From a virus (lineage: Duplodnaviria > Caudoviricetes): 53,008 bases of DNA. A model generated the notes under the pieces. It was not told where the DNA came from and ran no database searches. It saw nothing but the letters and a program-made list of their open reading frames with translations. The translations under genes and the position numbers were made by a program. Shown here one piece after another: positions 32,179 through 44,200 of the stretch. The stretch is taken from positions 1 through 53,008 of IMG/VR virus record IMGVR_UViG_3300025151_000047; one strand, 5' to 3'. The number at the start of each line of letters is the position of its first letter. Position 1 is the first letter of the stretch.

Positions 32179-35100
32179 TTAAGATGATGACGAAGTACAT
32201 GTTGAATCTAAGTCACAACAAGTACATTCATCTTTAACAGGAATCCACGTCAGGTCAACAGGATAGTTATCAGAGTCCACAAAGTAGTGGTCCCTAATCC
32301 TAAGACACTCATTGGTACATTCCACGTTAGTGTTAGTAACCCATGAGTATGTCCCAGACCCAGAATCATATGAGATAACAGTTAATGATTCTTCTTGGTT
32401 ATTTCTAGAGTCCAAGGGTCCGGACCTATTACACGTAATTCCTGAGTAATCACAAATATCGTGATAATAATTTTTATTGTTTGCAAAACTAAGTTTCATT
32501 CCACCCACATTAGGAATACCGTGATCTAAGAGATTGCCGCTAGACAATGCTTCGATCTCCGTAATAAAGTTACTATGGGCCTCAGAGGGGAATTGGAACG
32601 GATCCGTTTCACCTAAGCAAGTACCATTAGTGGTATCATAACAAGCATCTAAATCATCAGCGGTTTTAAACACGCTTCCTTGAATGTGAGTTTTACAGAT
32701 AGTGGGAAGGTCAGATGTAATCCTACTTGTGGTAGAAGAAACGCCAAATGACAGCTTCTGCTTATCGCTAGGATTATCGACCAGCCACTGGTTATAAGGA
32801 CCGTAGGGGTTAATTCTCACAGCGTTAGCACTTGAGGTTCTACCCACAACCGGAGAGGACCGTTTGTGGACCACAGGACCAAAGCTGCTGCCCCCACCGT
32901 AATTATTGGGAACAAGGGAGGTATTAGAATAATCGTTCTTAACCTGCCTAAGGTTCTCAATCTTAACACCTTGGCTACCTACCCAGAAGTACCTGTATCC
33001 ATCGACAGCAAAGTTACTTCCGGTGAACCCTGTCTTACCGCCACCATAGTCAAGACTGGAGGGGTACTGAGTTTCCAGTAACAGATCAGAAGTACCAAGA
33101 TTGTGGAATACACTATCTTTGATAAACAAGTTCTGGATCTGCTTACGACCGTAGTGTAAGTACTTAGTGTCCAACGACGAGACAGCACCCTCAGTCAAGG
33201 GGAACATGGGTCCAGACGGGACGTTCTTACAGCTAGTGTCGCTACTGTCGGTAGACAAGCAGTATTTAGAGACATTGGACGATACGACAAAGTTCTCAAA
33301 GTAAAGGTGGTTAATCGGGACGTGCCCGAAGATCTGATGAGAATCAGCCTTTTCGTCTAAGTGGAAATTCTTGAATAAGAAGTTTCTATAATTAAAGCAT
33401 CCAAAGTTCTTAGGGTTACCCGCAAAACCATTGACATGTCCACTGTAAGAACTCACAAGATCTCTCACAGTTAAAGAAGGACCGGGCATATTAATAATTC
33501 TAGAATGACAGTTATCAACTTTAATGTTAATCATCATTCTATTTTCAATAAAGGTATTAAAATTATATATACCCCGAGGGTTAGGACTACCAATAGATGT
33601 ATCATAGTCATCGACAGTTTTGATTCCGTACTTGGTCTCAAAGTCATCTAAAGACCACTTAACGATATCTGTATCCTGCTTATTGGGATCACTGTAGTTA
33701 TCGATGTTCTTAACCCAGAGGTCCATAATGAGACTATGCCCTTCGTCGCAGATAAGAGTATCGGTCATGTTATCCACGGTAAAGTGTTTAACCATAACGG
33801 GATTCTTTACGACAGGACCGGGGACACCAGTAGACTTAATAGATTTAGCGTAGATACCCATAGTCCATGAATCATTATCAGCTAATTCCATTAAATCGTG
33901 GTTATAGAGACCGAGGATAACACACTCGCCTTTCTCAGTACCAAGACAATAGGAGTCACTGGTGTGGACCAGATCGCTGTCAAAGATGCCCTTACAGGCA
34001 CTCAAGGCACTGTTCGTACACGGATAATTAACACCGCAATCAATTTCAGCAGTCAGGTTACTACCCGTAGCAGAAAGATCCACAGTGTCAGACGAGAAGA
34101 AGGGCCACCATTGGACCTCACTCATACGACACTTACAGTTAGCTCTACAGTACTGACAAGAAGCTCCAGTACAGTCAGCGCATCCAGATCCATTAGCTAA
34201 GACACCACAGCAGTTGACACCACAGATAGTGGTATCAGAAGAACACTGATAGTTGTCTTCTCCATCTCTGATCTTTCTACATTTATTATACTGAATCTGA
34301 CCACTGACAGTACCTCCATTGTCTCTGGTGAGGGTATCACCGCAGATAATGTCTCCAGAGCCATCCACTAAGGTAGATGCCTTAACGGCGGTCACACAGA
34401 CCGACTCGAAGTCTACGTTCTCCACCAGAAGCCTACAGTTAGATCCGGTAGACTTCAGGCACTGGGTCACAGAGGAGCCAGTCAGAGACGTATAGACGGT
34501 AAGATCCTTAACGTGTAAGGCGAAGTTATCCCATGCCATTTCGACTCTATCAGGGCCGGGCGGGAACCACAGAATAGTCTTACTCTTACTATCTGGGTTT
34601 TTTGATTTAATAACAATACTCTTTTTCTCCAAGGCATTTTGACACCAAGTTGCTCCAGCAGTGAAGGTCAGAGACTCGCTGTCAATAGAGTTGGGCCAGT
34701 GATACTTTCGGGGTGTACCCGTGGTGCCGGGAAGAAGAATAATCTCTGCATCAAGTCGTTGAGAACCAGTTGCAACTGTATCGAGAAGACCAAAAGCAGC
34801 CGCAATAGTTGTGACATCGGCATCTCCTGAGCTAACCTCAGCAGAGCTTCCGACCCTCACCTGATAGGCAGAGGGGTTATAATTAAACCAGAATGACTCG
34901 TAACCATTGAACAAGATATTCTGTTGGCTGGTAGCACCAAAGACGTAACGGTTACTGGATGAGGTAAGTTTATTCAATCCGTTGTCGTAATACGTAAAGC
35001 CGTCGTTGGCTAAGTTCCACTTGTGGGTGGAACCAATCGCCGCAAACTTGTTTCTGTACTTTTTACCGTCAAGGGATTTAATAATCTTAGGACCGTCAGG

Positions 35101-38100
35101 AACATCTTCAGGCCATTTGGCTCTACTCAAAGGCCAGTCTTGACCATCAATCGGTCCCCAGTTCTTGTACTCACCCTCAGTTCTACCTCCTAAGGTTTCT
35201 CCTTTAAGGAGAACCTCAGCATTACCCGTAGGAGGCTCACCGTAAAGCAAGCGACCAATACCAGACTTAGGTACAATCTTAGCTCTCACTTCGTGGACAC
35301 CTGAGGTAAGAGCGTCCGTCTCAATCCTTACAGTATACTCTTCTAATCCGTCAATGAGATTACCATTTTCGTCTCGTTCGACCTTAGCCACGCACTCTTC
35401 TTTTGGGTGTTTATATTCTGATCCTAAAGAAACGTAACCGTCACCAGAGGTAGCACCGTCTAAATACATGTGTACTCGATCAATACCAGACATATGTGCC
35501 GCTGATAAAGTAAGGTAGAAACCTAACTGAGTCTCGTTTAAATCTAAGTATTCGTTAGCGTAGTTCTTAAACGGAAGCTCAGTCCATCGGCCCATAGCTT
35601 GAGGGAATCCTCTAGCAACATGATCAAAATTATGTTTAGGATCAGCGTGATACCAAACGTCTTCATTCCAGTTTTGTGCTGTAACAGCTTTAATAGTTGG
35701 AATATCGTTTGCTTCGGCATTAGTGTCAACATAAGAACTAAACGCTCCGCCTGCTAACGGATATAAGACAAGCATTGTTGTAAAATTATCGTTAAATTCT
35801 ACATTAGGAATTTGTGAGGGAGTTGTTTCAGGTTGGCCTGTTCCGACCCAACTGGAAGGAGAATTAGTAACAATATAAGGTTTTAATACTGTTTCTCTTT
35901 GAGCGTATTGCCAAAAGAAAGAACCACAAGTATCGAAATAAGGATTAAATACTCCTTGATTTAAAATATCATTTGGGTTATTTTTTAGTACTTGGACAGA
36001 ATCTTTGATACTCTTATTGTAAAGATCTTCACAATCAGGACAGCTCTGAACAATACCGGCTAAATGGAATTGAGTAGGATAATCTGCTTCACCACCACAC
36101 GGAGTTCCTGATAAACCAACATACCAAAATTCAATTTGATATGTATGGGGTCTCATGGGAATAAGCATTGCTCCTTCGGTTTCTGCTACAAAACTACCAG
36201 TCTCATCAATATAACTGTAACAACCTTGTGACTCTACGTTAAATTTACTAATCCACGGATTACAGAAAATACACGTACCGTCATCTTCGCAGCTAGTTTC
36301 TGTTCTTTTGTAGGCTACACTTGTATTTAAATAATCAGGAAATTCAGATGTATCAAAATTAGACTTTGTGATACCTCGCTCAGTTTGAGAATCTTTAGAA
36401 TAGACATGATCTAATCTAAAAGTACAACCAGCAGTGACATCATCGTAATCTTGTGTACAACCCACTCCGCCTGCTTGAGGAACTTCTGTAAAATCAAAAC
36501 AGTTTTTATAAACCGATCTAACTTGCGTTGACCAAATTCTAAGATAGCTCGTTCTTTCAAGAGGAATTTGTGTATGCCACCATCCTCCTTCTTCAGCAAA
36601 TGAAAGGAAACGATAAGCATCAGGGTTATCTCTAAAAACAGAGTTGCTACGGACATCTTGTTTGCAATACGTAGCTATATGCCATGCGGAATCTAACTTA
36701 GTGAAGTCTTCTTTGATTTTATCTTTTTCAGTTTCATTAGCCATTGACTGGTAAATTTCTGTTTGAATAAATCCTTCATCTAAACTAGTAGTAACATCCG
36801 TAATTTTTTCAGTAACACCCTCTTCGATATCGTAAATACTATAATCTTCGTTTGTAGTTAAGATAGAAGAACTACTTGAAAGGGTTCCGTTTTCTTTATA
36901 AAAAGCGATAAATCTATTAAAATCATTTCCTCGTTTTAAAGTAAATTTATCGTTAGATAAAGTAAGCTCAACTTGTAAACCTTGCATTAAAACGGGAGGA
37001 GCATATTCAAAATCTGCATTATCGCAAGTTGCACATCTTCCAAAAACACTTTCGTTACGATTATAGTTACAGAACTGTAACATCTTATTTGAAATAACAT
37101 TACTGATATTTGAGTTTCTGATAAGCTCTAAATTTTCATTAAAGTTGTTTTTAGGTAAACATCTTCGACCCGCCGGTTCAAGTGCATCTTGTGCGGTTTG
37201 ATCAAAAATTAATCTCATGTTACCTAGTTCATTTAAACCGTCAATATAATACTGAGGAAGAACAAAACGAGCAAGAGTGTTTTCAATAGCGAGGTTGTTT
37301 ACTTCATACGAACCACAGTAATCGTAAACATTTTGGTCTTTATAAGCAGCGGACATATTTAACGTAATATTATCTTGCCCTTCACCGTTTTTATTTAAAG
37401 GAGCGATACCAAAATCTTTTTGAGTACCTCTAGTACATAATGCATCAGGAATTACCGAAAGACAACCACCGTTGTCACATTTTTCCACGTATTCACTACA
37501 ACTATCATATACAAAACAACCGCAAGTGTCAACTACTCCAGCAGCAGTACATTCTGGACATGGTGAAAATGGATCAACGTCCCAACAAATAGAATTATAT
37601 CCTTCTGCTTTTTTAGCCATACAATCTTTGTAAGTAGTAAGAATAGGGGGTTCATAAAGTGTAGTACAACTACAATCATTAGGACACTGAGTACCCGAAG
37701 GGCCTTCAGGACAACTTCCGCAGTCCCACCAGACACCGCAAGTACTACAATCTCCACATATATAAGGTTCCTCTCCACCTCCTACTCCATTACAGCAAGC
37801 ACAAAAAAGTCTAATATTTGTATTCCAGATATCTTCTCCTAAACACCCCTCAAATAAATCTATACATTCACATAGATCACACATACATAAACTAAGTGAG
37901 CCGCTACCAATAAACGATCCGTTACATAAACCCGCACAACTAGCACCAGAGTTAAGCGAATCTATTGCGTCATCTGTAAGAAAATCACTTAAACTTAATC
38001 CAGTAAGGTCGCACCCGATGCCTTCTCCACCAAATACAACTGAACTAGCTAAAGATCCTGAATTTTCGCAACTATCTCCTGAAGAATAAGTACTAGCGTC

Positions 38101-39072
38101 GATAAGTCCTTCAAATCCCCACCAATATTCAAACCTAACTCCCCAGTAATTTGTTTCTTCGTTTAATCCAGTATAATTAATAGTACGTGTAGATGTGTTA
38201 TAACTAAACTTAAAGTCAGGTAAAGGAGAAGAGCAAGCAGTATCAAGATAGTCTTCTACGCTAAATACAATACCTTGTGAATTAGGGATAGGATAAAAGT
38301 CATCTAATAAACCTAAAAGACTTCCAGTTTCCGCTCCTTGTTCTTTCTTTCTAAAAGGAAAACGATATCGGTATGTTCTACCAACGTAATCTAAAGGATC
38401 GCTAGAAGTTCCGCCTAACGGGCTACCAATAGCAGGTACAGAAGTAGATCCGCCATCTCCTGAATACACTAAGGAATTACCGTTTTGATCTGTTAAATTA
38501 GTTTGATCAATAACCCTGATTCTTAAAGTTAATGCTTGCACTCCTCTGGATTCCATAATTAATAAAGTGTCTCTGTCTTTATCTTTAGAAGACTGGTCTG
38601 CGTATTCAATACCTAAGCCTGTTATCCCTTGAAAGTTATTCCAATATAATCCACTTTGTTGAAGACTTGGGAATTCTGATAATCGAAGTCCTACCATATA
38701 ACCACCACCGTCATCAGAAGAACCACTAGTAGAATTGCAAAGTCCGTTTTCTACAGTAGCAAAAGTATTCCAATGATCTGAGTTACCACTTTCGTTATAA
38801 AAATGTTCACTTTCAGAACAATCTAACTTTAAATGGAACGGAAAAACATACTGAATAAAACTAGATGCGAATCCCGAATCCGGTAAATGAGACGTAGGCC
38901 AGTTATAAAAATTCAAAAGTCCAGAACTTTCCGTGGGACAATTGTTCTGTCCGTTATCAGAGTCTGGGTTATAATTACCAAAACAGCATTTACCTACAGG
39001 ATTACAGCTTTGATCAAAAAGGCCGGACGTACATCCGCAATCGCCTGAATTAAAGGTGGGTGGTATACTCAT
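32179..39072 (-). CDS. Giant Cys-rich putative receptor-binding/depolymerase protein (2297 aa)
   Basis: Follows tail fibre; Cys clusters; Ig-like segment and beta-helix-entry motif TTIAAAF...EIILLPGT. Confidence 0.6.
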   Translation of the reverse strand: MSIPPTFNSGDCGCTSGLFDQSCNPVGKCCFGNYNPDSDNGQNNCPTESSGLLNFYNWPTSHLPDSGFASSFIQYVFPFHLKLDCSESEHFYNESGNSDHWNTFATVENGLCNSTSGSSDDGGGYMVGLRLSEFPSLQQSGLYWNNFQGITGLGIEYADQSSKDKDRDTLLIMESRGVQALTLRIRVIDQTNLTDQNGNSLVYSGDGGSTSVPAIGSPLGGTSSDPLDYVGRTYRYRFPFRKKEQGAETGSLLGLLDDFYPIPNSQGIVFSVEDYLDTACSSPLPDFKFSYNTSTRTINYTGLNEETNYWGVRFEYWWGFEGLIDASTYSSGDSCENSGSLASSVVFGGEGIGCDLTGLSLSDFLTDDAIDSLNSGASCAGLCNGSFIGSGSLSLCMCDLCECIDLFEGCLGEDIWNTNIRLFCACCNGVGGGEEPYICGDCSTCGVWWDCGSCPEGPSGTQCPNDCSCTTLYEPPILTTYKDCMAKKAEGYNSICWDVDPFSPCPECTAAGVVDTCGCFVYDSCSEYVEKCDNGGCLSVIPDALCTRGTQKDFGIAPLNKNGEGQDNITLNMSAAYKDQNVYDYCGSYEVNNLAIENTLARFVLPQYYIDGLNELGNMRLIFDQTAQDALEPAGRRCLPKNNFNENLELIRNSNISNVISNKMLQFCNYNRNESVFGRCATCDNADFEYAPPVLMQGLQVELTLSNDKFTLKRGNDFNRFIAFYKENGTLSSSSSILTTNEDYSIYDIEEGVTEKITDVTTSLDEGFIQTEIYQSMANETEKDKIKEDFTKLDSAWHIATYCKQDVRSNSVFRDNPDAYRFLSFAEEGGWWHTQIPLERTSYLRIWSTQVRSVYKNCFDFTEVPQAGGVGCTQDYDDVTAGCTFRLDHVYSKDSQTERGITKSNFDTSEFPDYLNTSVAYKRTETSCEDDGTCIFCNPWISKFNVESQGCYSYIDETGSFVAETEGAMLIPMRPHTYQIEFWYVGLSGTPCGGEADYPTQFHLAGIVQSCPDCEDLYNKSIKDSVQVLKNNPNDILNQGVFNPYFDTCGSFFWQYAQRETVLKPYIVTNSPSSWVGTGQPETTPSQIPNVEFNDNFTTMLVLYPLAGGAFSSYVDTNAEANDIPTIKAVTAQNWNEDVWYHADPKHNFDHVARGFPQAMGRWTELPFKNYANEYLDLNETQLGFYLTLSAAHMSGIDRVHMYLDGATSGDGYVSLGSEYKHPKEECVAKVERDENGNLIDGLEEYTVRIETDALTSGVHEVRAKIVPKSGIGRLLYGEPPTGNAEVLLKGETLGGRTEGEYKNWGPIDGQDWPLSRAKWPEDVPDGPKIIKSLDGKKYRNKFAAIGSTHKWNLANDGFTYYDNGLNKLTSSSNRYVFGATSQQNILFNGYESFWFNYNPSAYQVRVGSSAEVSSGDADVTTIAAAFGLLDTVATGSQRLDAEIILLPGTTGTPRKYHWPNSIDSESLTFTAGATWCQNALEKKSIVIKSKNPDSKSKTILWFPPGPDRVEMAWDNFALHVKDLTVYTSLTGSSVTQCLKSTGSNCRLLVENVDFESVCVTAVKASTLVDGSGDIICGDTLTRDNGGTVSGQIQYNKCRKIRDGEDNYQCSSDTTICGVNCCGVLANGSGCADCTGASCQYCRANCKCRMSEVQWWPFFSSDTVDLSATGSNLTAEIDCGVNYPCTNSALSACKGIFDSDLVHTSDSYCLGTEKGECVILGLYNHDLMELADNDSWTMGIYAKSIKSTGVPGPVVKNPVMVKHFTVDNMTDTLICDEGHSLIMDLWVKNIDNYSDPNKQDTDIVKWSLDDFETKYGIKTVDDYDTSIGSPNPRGIYNFNTFIENRMMINIKVDNCHSRIINMPGPSLTVRDLVSSYSGHVNGFAGNPKNFGCFNYRNFLFKNFHLDEKADSHQIFGHVPINHLYFENFVVSSNVSKYCLSTDSSDTSCKNVPSGPMFPLTEGAVSSLDTKYLHYGRKQIQNLFIKDSVFHNLGTSDLLLETQYPSSLDYGGGKTGFTGSNFAVDGYRYFWVGSQGVKIENLRQVKNDYSNTSLVPNNYGGGSSFGPVVHKRSSPVVGRTSSANAVRINPYGPYNQWLVDNPSDKQKLSFGVSSTTSRITSDLPTICKTHIQGSVFKTADDLDACYDTTNGTCLGETDPFQFPSEAHSNFITEIEALSSGNLLDHGIPNVGGMKLSFANNKNYYHDICDYSGITCNRSGPLDSRNNQEESLTVISYDSGSGTYSWVTNTNVECTNECLRIRDHYFVDSDNYPVDLTWIPVKDECTCCDLDSTCTSSSS

Positions 39073-39081
39073 TTGTTCTCC

Positions 39082-41214
39082 TTAAGTAGCACACTCGACA
39101 AGTTTAATAACATTCTGAAGACAGAAGGAATTTGTATCTGTTTTTACTAATACTCTTGTATCGACGGGAATAGGCATTAATTTAATTAAATCGTTATTAA
39201 CCTGATTGACACCGTATACTCTCTGGTCTTCAAGAACAGGGAGGCTAAATGCCGATGGATCGTTATATTCAATACCTTGAAATGTACGGGGGCTAGTTGA
39301 CAAAGCACCACTATTAGGCGTTTCAGCGGTATTAATCGCTCCAGAGATAGATGTACCTCCCCCTCCTAGTTGTGTATCTAAGTCGTAGCTATATTCTCCA
39401 TACCCGTTTACATTATGTCCAGTAACATAGTACCACGCTGTATCGACAAAACTAGCCCAACCCTCAAGAATGGCTTCAATATCACTTAAACCAGACTCGG
39501 TAGGATATTCAAACGTAAATGTTATATCTTCATTACTATTACTAAGTTCTACAGAAACTTCATTAATAGAATACCCCGGTGGGCCTTGTGCTCCTTCTGC
39601 ACCTTGTCCACCGGCTTGACCATCATCCCCGTCTAATCCCTTAAGACCTGAAGGAATATGAGACAAGTAAATAGAATCAGCGTCAGTAAAGGTTCCACTA
39701 GAAGTAAGGACGCTTACAGTTAAGGTAATAAACGATCCGTTATCTCCAATATTAGTAACCTCACATAACACAAAAATTTCTGGGTTACCGTTTTTAAAAA
39801 TCTTTAATAAATCGTTAGTTGCAACGCCATCTGCGTTTGTTGCATTAAAGGATTCAAACCACGGAGACATATCTATAGCATCTGAGTTTTCATCGTCAAC
39901 GTAGATCTCAGTAATACTCGCACCCGTGCTGTTAAACCTCACTTCGGCAGTTCCAATACCACTACTAGTCGTAGTAGAATCGTACTCAAACCTAAACGTA
40001 TCTCCACCAGCAGAGCCAGCAACAGCTAACGTACTTGGATCAACATTTTTATATTCTCCGTCACCGGCGTGCCACTGTAAGATATCATTGTTACTTGCTG
40101 CGGCATCTTCAACATCCGATAAAGTATTTAAAGGAACTTTAGTTAATCCACTTTCAGTCATTACAAGAGTACTTCTAAGGGGATTAAAAGCAGTAGTACT
40201 AGACGTAAAGATATCCGTTAAATTAGTATCGGTATTATCACCCTCACAGAAGTTAAGAGTAGCTGCTAAGACAGCACTGCAAGAGGCTGCTGCTTCGCTA
40301 ACCGCTTTAGGAACCCAGTTAGATCCATCCCAAGTTAAAACATGGTTCGTGGTAGGAGCCGAGCTATAGTCTACGTCTTTAACATCCTTTAAGTTTAATA
40401 AATCGCTAACGGACTGCGCTACGTAATTATCACTGGAGGTATTCTTATAGATAACAGTTCTAGACCCACTAGGAGGATCAACATCGTTAAGCTCAAAGAT
40501 ACTTAAGTTAATTAATTCTACCGGAATCTTACCGTCAGACCCAGTAGTTACAATACTACCTAAACCAGAGAGGTCAGAGAAGGTAACCATATCCATTTCA
40601 ATGGTCCACAGAAGCTCTTGGATTAAAAACATTTCCTGACCTTTTTGGAAGTTAAGGAGATTAGAAGTTAACTGGGCACCGGGCTGGTACACAACAAAGT
40701 CAGAAAAGGAATGAGTTAATCTTTTAATAGTGTATTCTGAGGTCTCTTCAGGAGTAGGGAAGATAATACTAGCGGCATTCCCATCGTAATCTAAAAGAGG
40801 GCTACCGTCTGGTTTAGTAGTTTTGGTAAGACCGTTGATCTTGGTTTTAGATAAATAAGCATACTGCGTTGAGTTATTATCAGATCTTTCGGCAATGTAA
40901 ACTTTAGATCCATCAGAAAGCTCTTGAGGGAGTCTGAACAATCCCTGCCGTTCTCTTACGGGGAATGTACCTAAAATATCATTACCGTTTGCATCTTGTT
41001 CGGCCTGAAAGAACACTTCAATTTGTTGAGTAATACTCACATCTTCATTAAATTGAGTTTGAAGTTTAGTTAAATCAATCTTGATGCAGTCCTCTGCTCC
41101 TCCGGTATTTCCGATGTCCTTACTTTCTGTAGTAATAAAAGATGAATCACCTGTATTATTAGGATTGTTATAGTTATAAGAACATTGCCTAAATCTTGTA
41201 TTCTCAAATGCCAT
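39082..41214 (-). CDS. Tail fibre protein (T7 gp17-like N-terminal attachment domain), 710 aa
   Basis: IKRLT...VVYQPGAQLTSNLL...QEMFLIQE; LxDV repeats; short Gly-X-Y run; start moved to ATG 41214 after AAGGAG. Confidence 0.8.
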   Translation of the reverse strand: MAFENTRFRQCSYNYNNPNNTGDSSFITTESKDIGNTGGAEDCIKIDLTKLQTQFNEDVSITQQIEVFFQAEQDANGNDILGTFPVRERQGLFRLPQELSDGSKVYIAERSDNNSTQYAYLSKTKINGLTKTTKPDGSPLLDYDGNAASIIFPTPEETSEYTIKRLTHSFSDFVVYQPGAQLTSNLLNFQKGQEMFLIQELLWTIEMDMVTFSDLSGLGSIVTTGSDGKIPVELINLSIFELNDVDPPSGSRTVIYKNTSSDNYVAQSVSDLLNLKDVKDVDYSSAPTTNHVLTWDGSNWVPKAVSEAAASCSAVLAATLNFCEGDNTDTNLTDIFTSSTTAFNPLRSTLVMTESGLTKVPLNTLSDVEDAAASNNDILQWHAGDGEYKNVDPSTLAVAGSAGGDTFRFEYDSTTTSSGIGTAEVRFNSTGASITEIYVDDENSDAIDMSPWFESFNATNADGVATNDLLKIFKNGNPEIFVLCEVTNIGDNGSFITLTVSVLTSSGTFTDADSIYLSHIPSGLKGLDGDDGQAGGQGAEGAQGPPGYSINEVSVELSNSNEDITFTFEYPTESGLSDIEAILEGWASFVDTAWYYVTGHNVNGYGEYSYDLDTQLGGGGTSISGAINTAETPNSGALSTSPRTFQGIEYNDPSAFSLPVLEDQRVYGVNQVNNDLIKLMPIPVDTRVLVKTDTNSFCLQNVIKLVECAT

Positions 41215-41227
41215 GTTAATCTCCTTT

Positions 41228-41263
41228 AAAAAAGACCGATGCAGCCCCGAGGCCACACCGGCC
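41228..41263 (-). terminator. Intrinsic terminator after tail tubular B
   Basis: GGCCGGUGUGGCC-UCGG-GGCUGCAUCGGUC followed by U6. Confidence 0.8.
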
Positions 41264-41273
41264 CGGAGAACAG

Positions 41274-44200
41274 TTAACGTACCCAAGAGCTATAGGTAGC
41301 GTTAAACCGTCCTTTTAATTCAATATTTGTAATATTCATCGGAGAAATATAATCCGATAGAATACTAATTTTAACTTCATCACCAAAACCAAAAACTTTC
41401 GATACCGTCTCCCCATCTACTGCAAAGTTTTCTAAAGGAGTTAAATCATTTCTAGTAGAAATTTCTTTAGACGAAAACTTAATAGGAGTAGTAATTCTAT
41501 TTCTATTGTTAATTTCAATATCATAATTACCAGTATTGTGATGTCTGATATGCATAGTTCGTAAAGAAAGAACTCCGTCTACTACGTTTTGGTTGTCATC
41601 CCTATAATAAATAGGTGATAACTGAATTACAGTAGAGTACGAAGTGCCTACATACACTTGTGCTGGGTTGCTGTATTTACCCTGTACAGAAACAGTAGTA
41701 TTTTTTGATCCTGCTTTAAACGACAGGATATTTAAGGACTCTCCGTCTACAACGATATCAGTAATATTATCATTAAAATAACCAGCAAAAACAAAAACAG
41801 TTTCATCGCTTTGCTCGTCATAAGTAGCGGAAGTAAACTCATCAAACCGATTATCTAACAAAGGAATTGAGTAGTTTCTTTCTTGGAATTTTTGTTTCTG
41901 TATATGATGTACAACTCTAGATCCGTTAAATGTTTCAGTAAGATAATAAATATCAGAATCGTATACATTAACGCTAAGGATGTCTCTGTCGAAAGAGTAT
42001 TTAAAGAAAGCGTTTTGAATAACTCTTTCTCCTGAGTATCTATTTGTATAACAGAACATATCTTTTTTATCGTTTTTATCAACGAATAAAAGTGTATCAT
42101 AAGGAGGTACAACAGTAGTTGCCCCGTATTCTACAGGCAAGTAATTAGGTACGTGGTAACTTACCTCAACAGCGTTATTAATAGAAACTGTCTTATCGTT
42201 AAAGTAGATATATAATCTTTCTTTATCGAAGAAATATACTTGCGATCCTAATAGAATGGGTTTAATCAAAGGTGCCGTAGAGTAAAAAGAAGTAGGCGAT
42301 ACTTCAGCTGTAAACGGTGAGATAAGATTATCTGACCCAGAAACAGTAAATTGAACATCTGATCCAGTATTAACAAATAAATTATTTTCAAAAGGAGTCA
42401 GATTTACCACTTCAGTATACTTGTTATAAGAACAAGTTATATCAATAGGATCTTCATCTGTAATTGATGCGGGATCTTCTAAGAAAAAGTTAGTAATGTT
42501 ATTTAAAGAAGAACTAAATACTTTATCTTCTCCTGCCAACCACATTCTATTTCTAAAGTAACCCATTGCTTTAATTTCTACCTGTTTCCCGTTTTCAAAC
42601 AACTTAGGACCGGGATTAGTTTCATCAGTACCCGATGTTCTCATGTTCCAATCTACAGTAGAAAATTCCCATCCGCCGGTTGGGTTATCATCATCAGGAG
42701 CACTGAAGTTTAGAACATGGGGCATACGCTCTTCGTCAAACCTACTAAACGCATAAGGTGTTCTAACCTTTTCTAAAAACGGTTTATCTTCAGTAGACTG
42801 CATTCTGTAAAAACCGGGTAAACTATCTGCATATGCGTTTTCTACGAAAATAATCTTACCTAAACCATCTTCGTGGGTTCTAAGATTAGGGTCGCTGTTA
42901 TCAATAACCTCCTCATAATCGCTAATATTTTTATTTTCATAAAGAAGTCCCATAGCAATAGCCGCTTCGCCTACAAGGTTACCATCACCGTCTTGATAGT
43001 TAGGAATACCATCGGGAATGGCAGCTTCAGTAGCAAGGTCAATAATATCTGTTGGGTCAGAAGGATGAGGAGGCAACTTAACGTTAGAGAAATCACTATA
43101 AGCTTGACCTAAGTATTGTTTAGTTCTATCAACGTAACGGTTATCTTCAGCAGGAATCTGTGCAACTGGTCTTACATATTGCCAAAGAGAAATATAGTAA
43201 TCTTCACCGTCAGAATAACAATCACTGTCATTTACACTTGAATCACAAGTTCGTCTAGAATGAGCAATATTGTATACAATATCTCCTTCTTCTTCAATAA
43301 TTCCATTAGAAGAATTAACTGTTTCTTTCCAGTAGTATTTACCATCTTCTAAAACCGAAGGCGTAGGAAGATATTCACCATCTACTACTCCTTCAGGATC
43401 ACTAACTTCCCATTGCTTTCTAAAAGGCCCATCAGGATCAGCGACGGTATCATCAGGGGTGCTTCCTCCGTTTTTACCATAAGGATACCATCTCTCAGTA
43501 TTTTCGCTTACGAATAAATAATTCGGCGGGCCGGGGTCTGCTGCATTACTGACTTCATTTTCATTAGAAGCATATTGAGCGGTAGTTTCAGATCGAATAT
43601 CAGTAAGAGCCTTCCAAACACCGTAAGCGTTGTAGACCTCAGTACCTGAAACATATGCCTTATTAGGTACATACAACAATGCTTTACCTTCAGGATCAAC
43701 TACTGATGATGTATAATAAGTTAACTCTTTTCCTTTGTAGTCAATTTCTTGAGTTGCAATACCACTTAAATCAAATTTATACCCTTCTTTATTAGAGCTA
43801 AATCCAGCTTTAACAAATTTGTTTACAAAGAAAATGTTAGTACCAATTGTAATTGCATCTAATGCTTCTTCTGCGTCATAGATGTTATTGCCATATGTAA
43901 TATAGTCGTAAATTTTTTGATCAGTGTTTTGGTTTTCAGGAGTCTGATCTTCTACTACACCAGTGTCTGTATTTACTCTATAAATATAAAAGAGATTTTC
44001 AGCAGGACCAGAAGCACTGTAGTCAATAACTACTAAGTACCTGAGGTCATCGCTGATAGAGAACCAATAAAAGAAATACTTTCTACCTAAAAGGCCTGAC
44101 CTGAACTGAGTAGCACTAAATAAAGTAGTATCGTTTGTTTTAATCAGCTTACCATTACCACCAGCATCAGTCATAGTCAGCCGTAACTCGCTAGTAGTAG

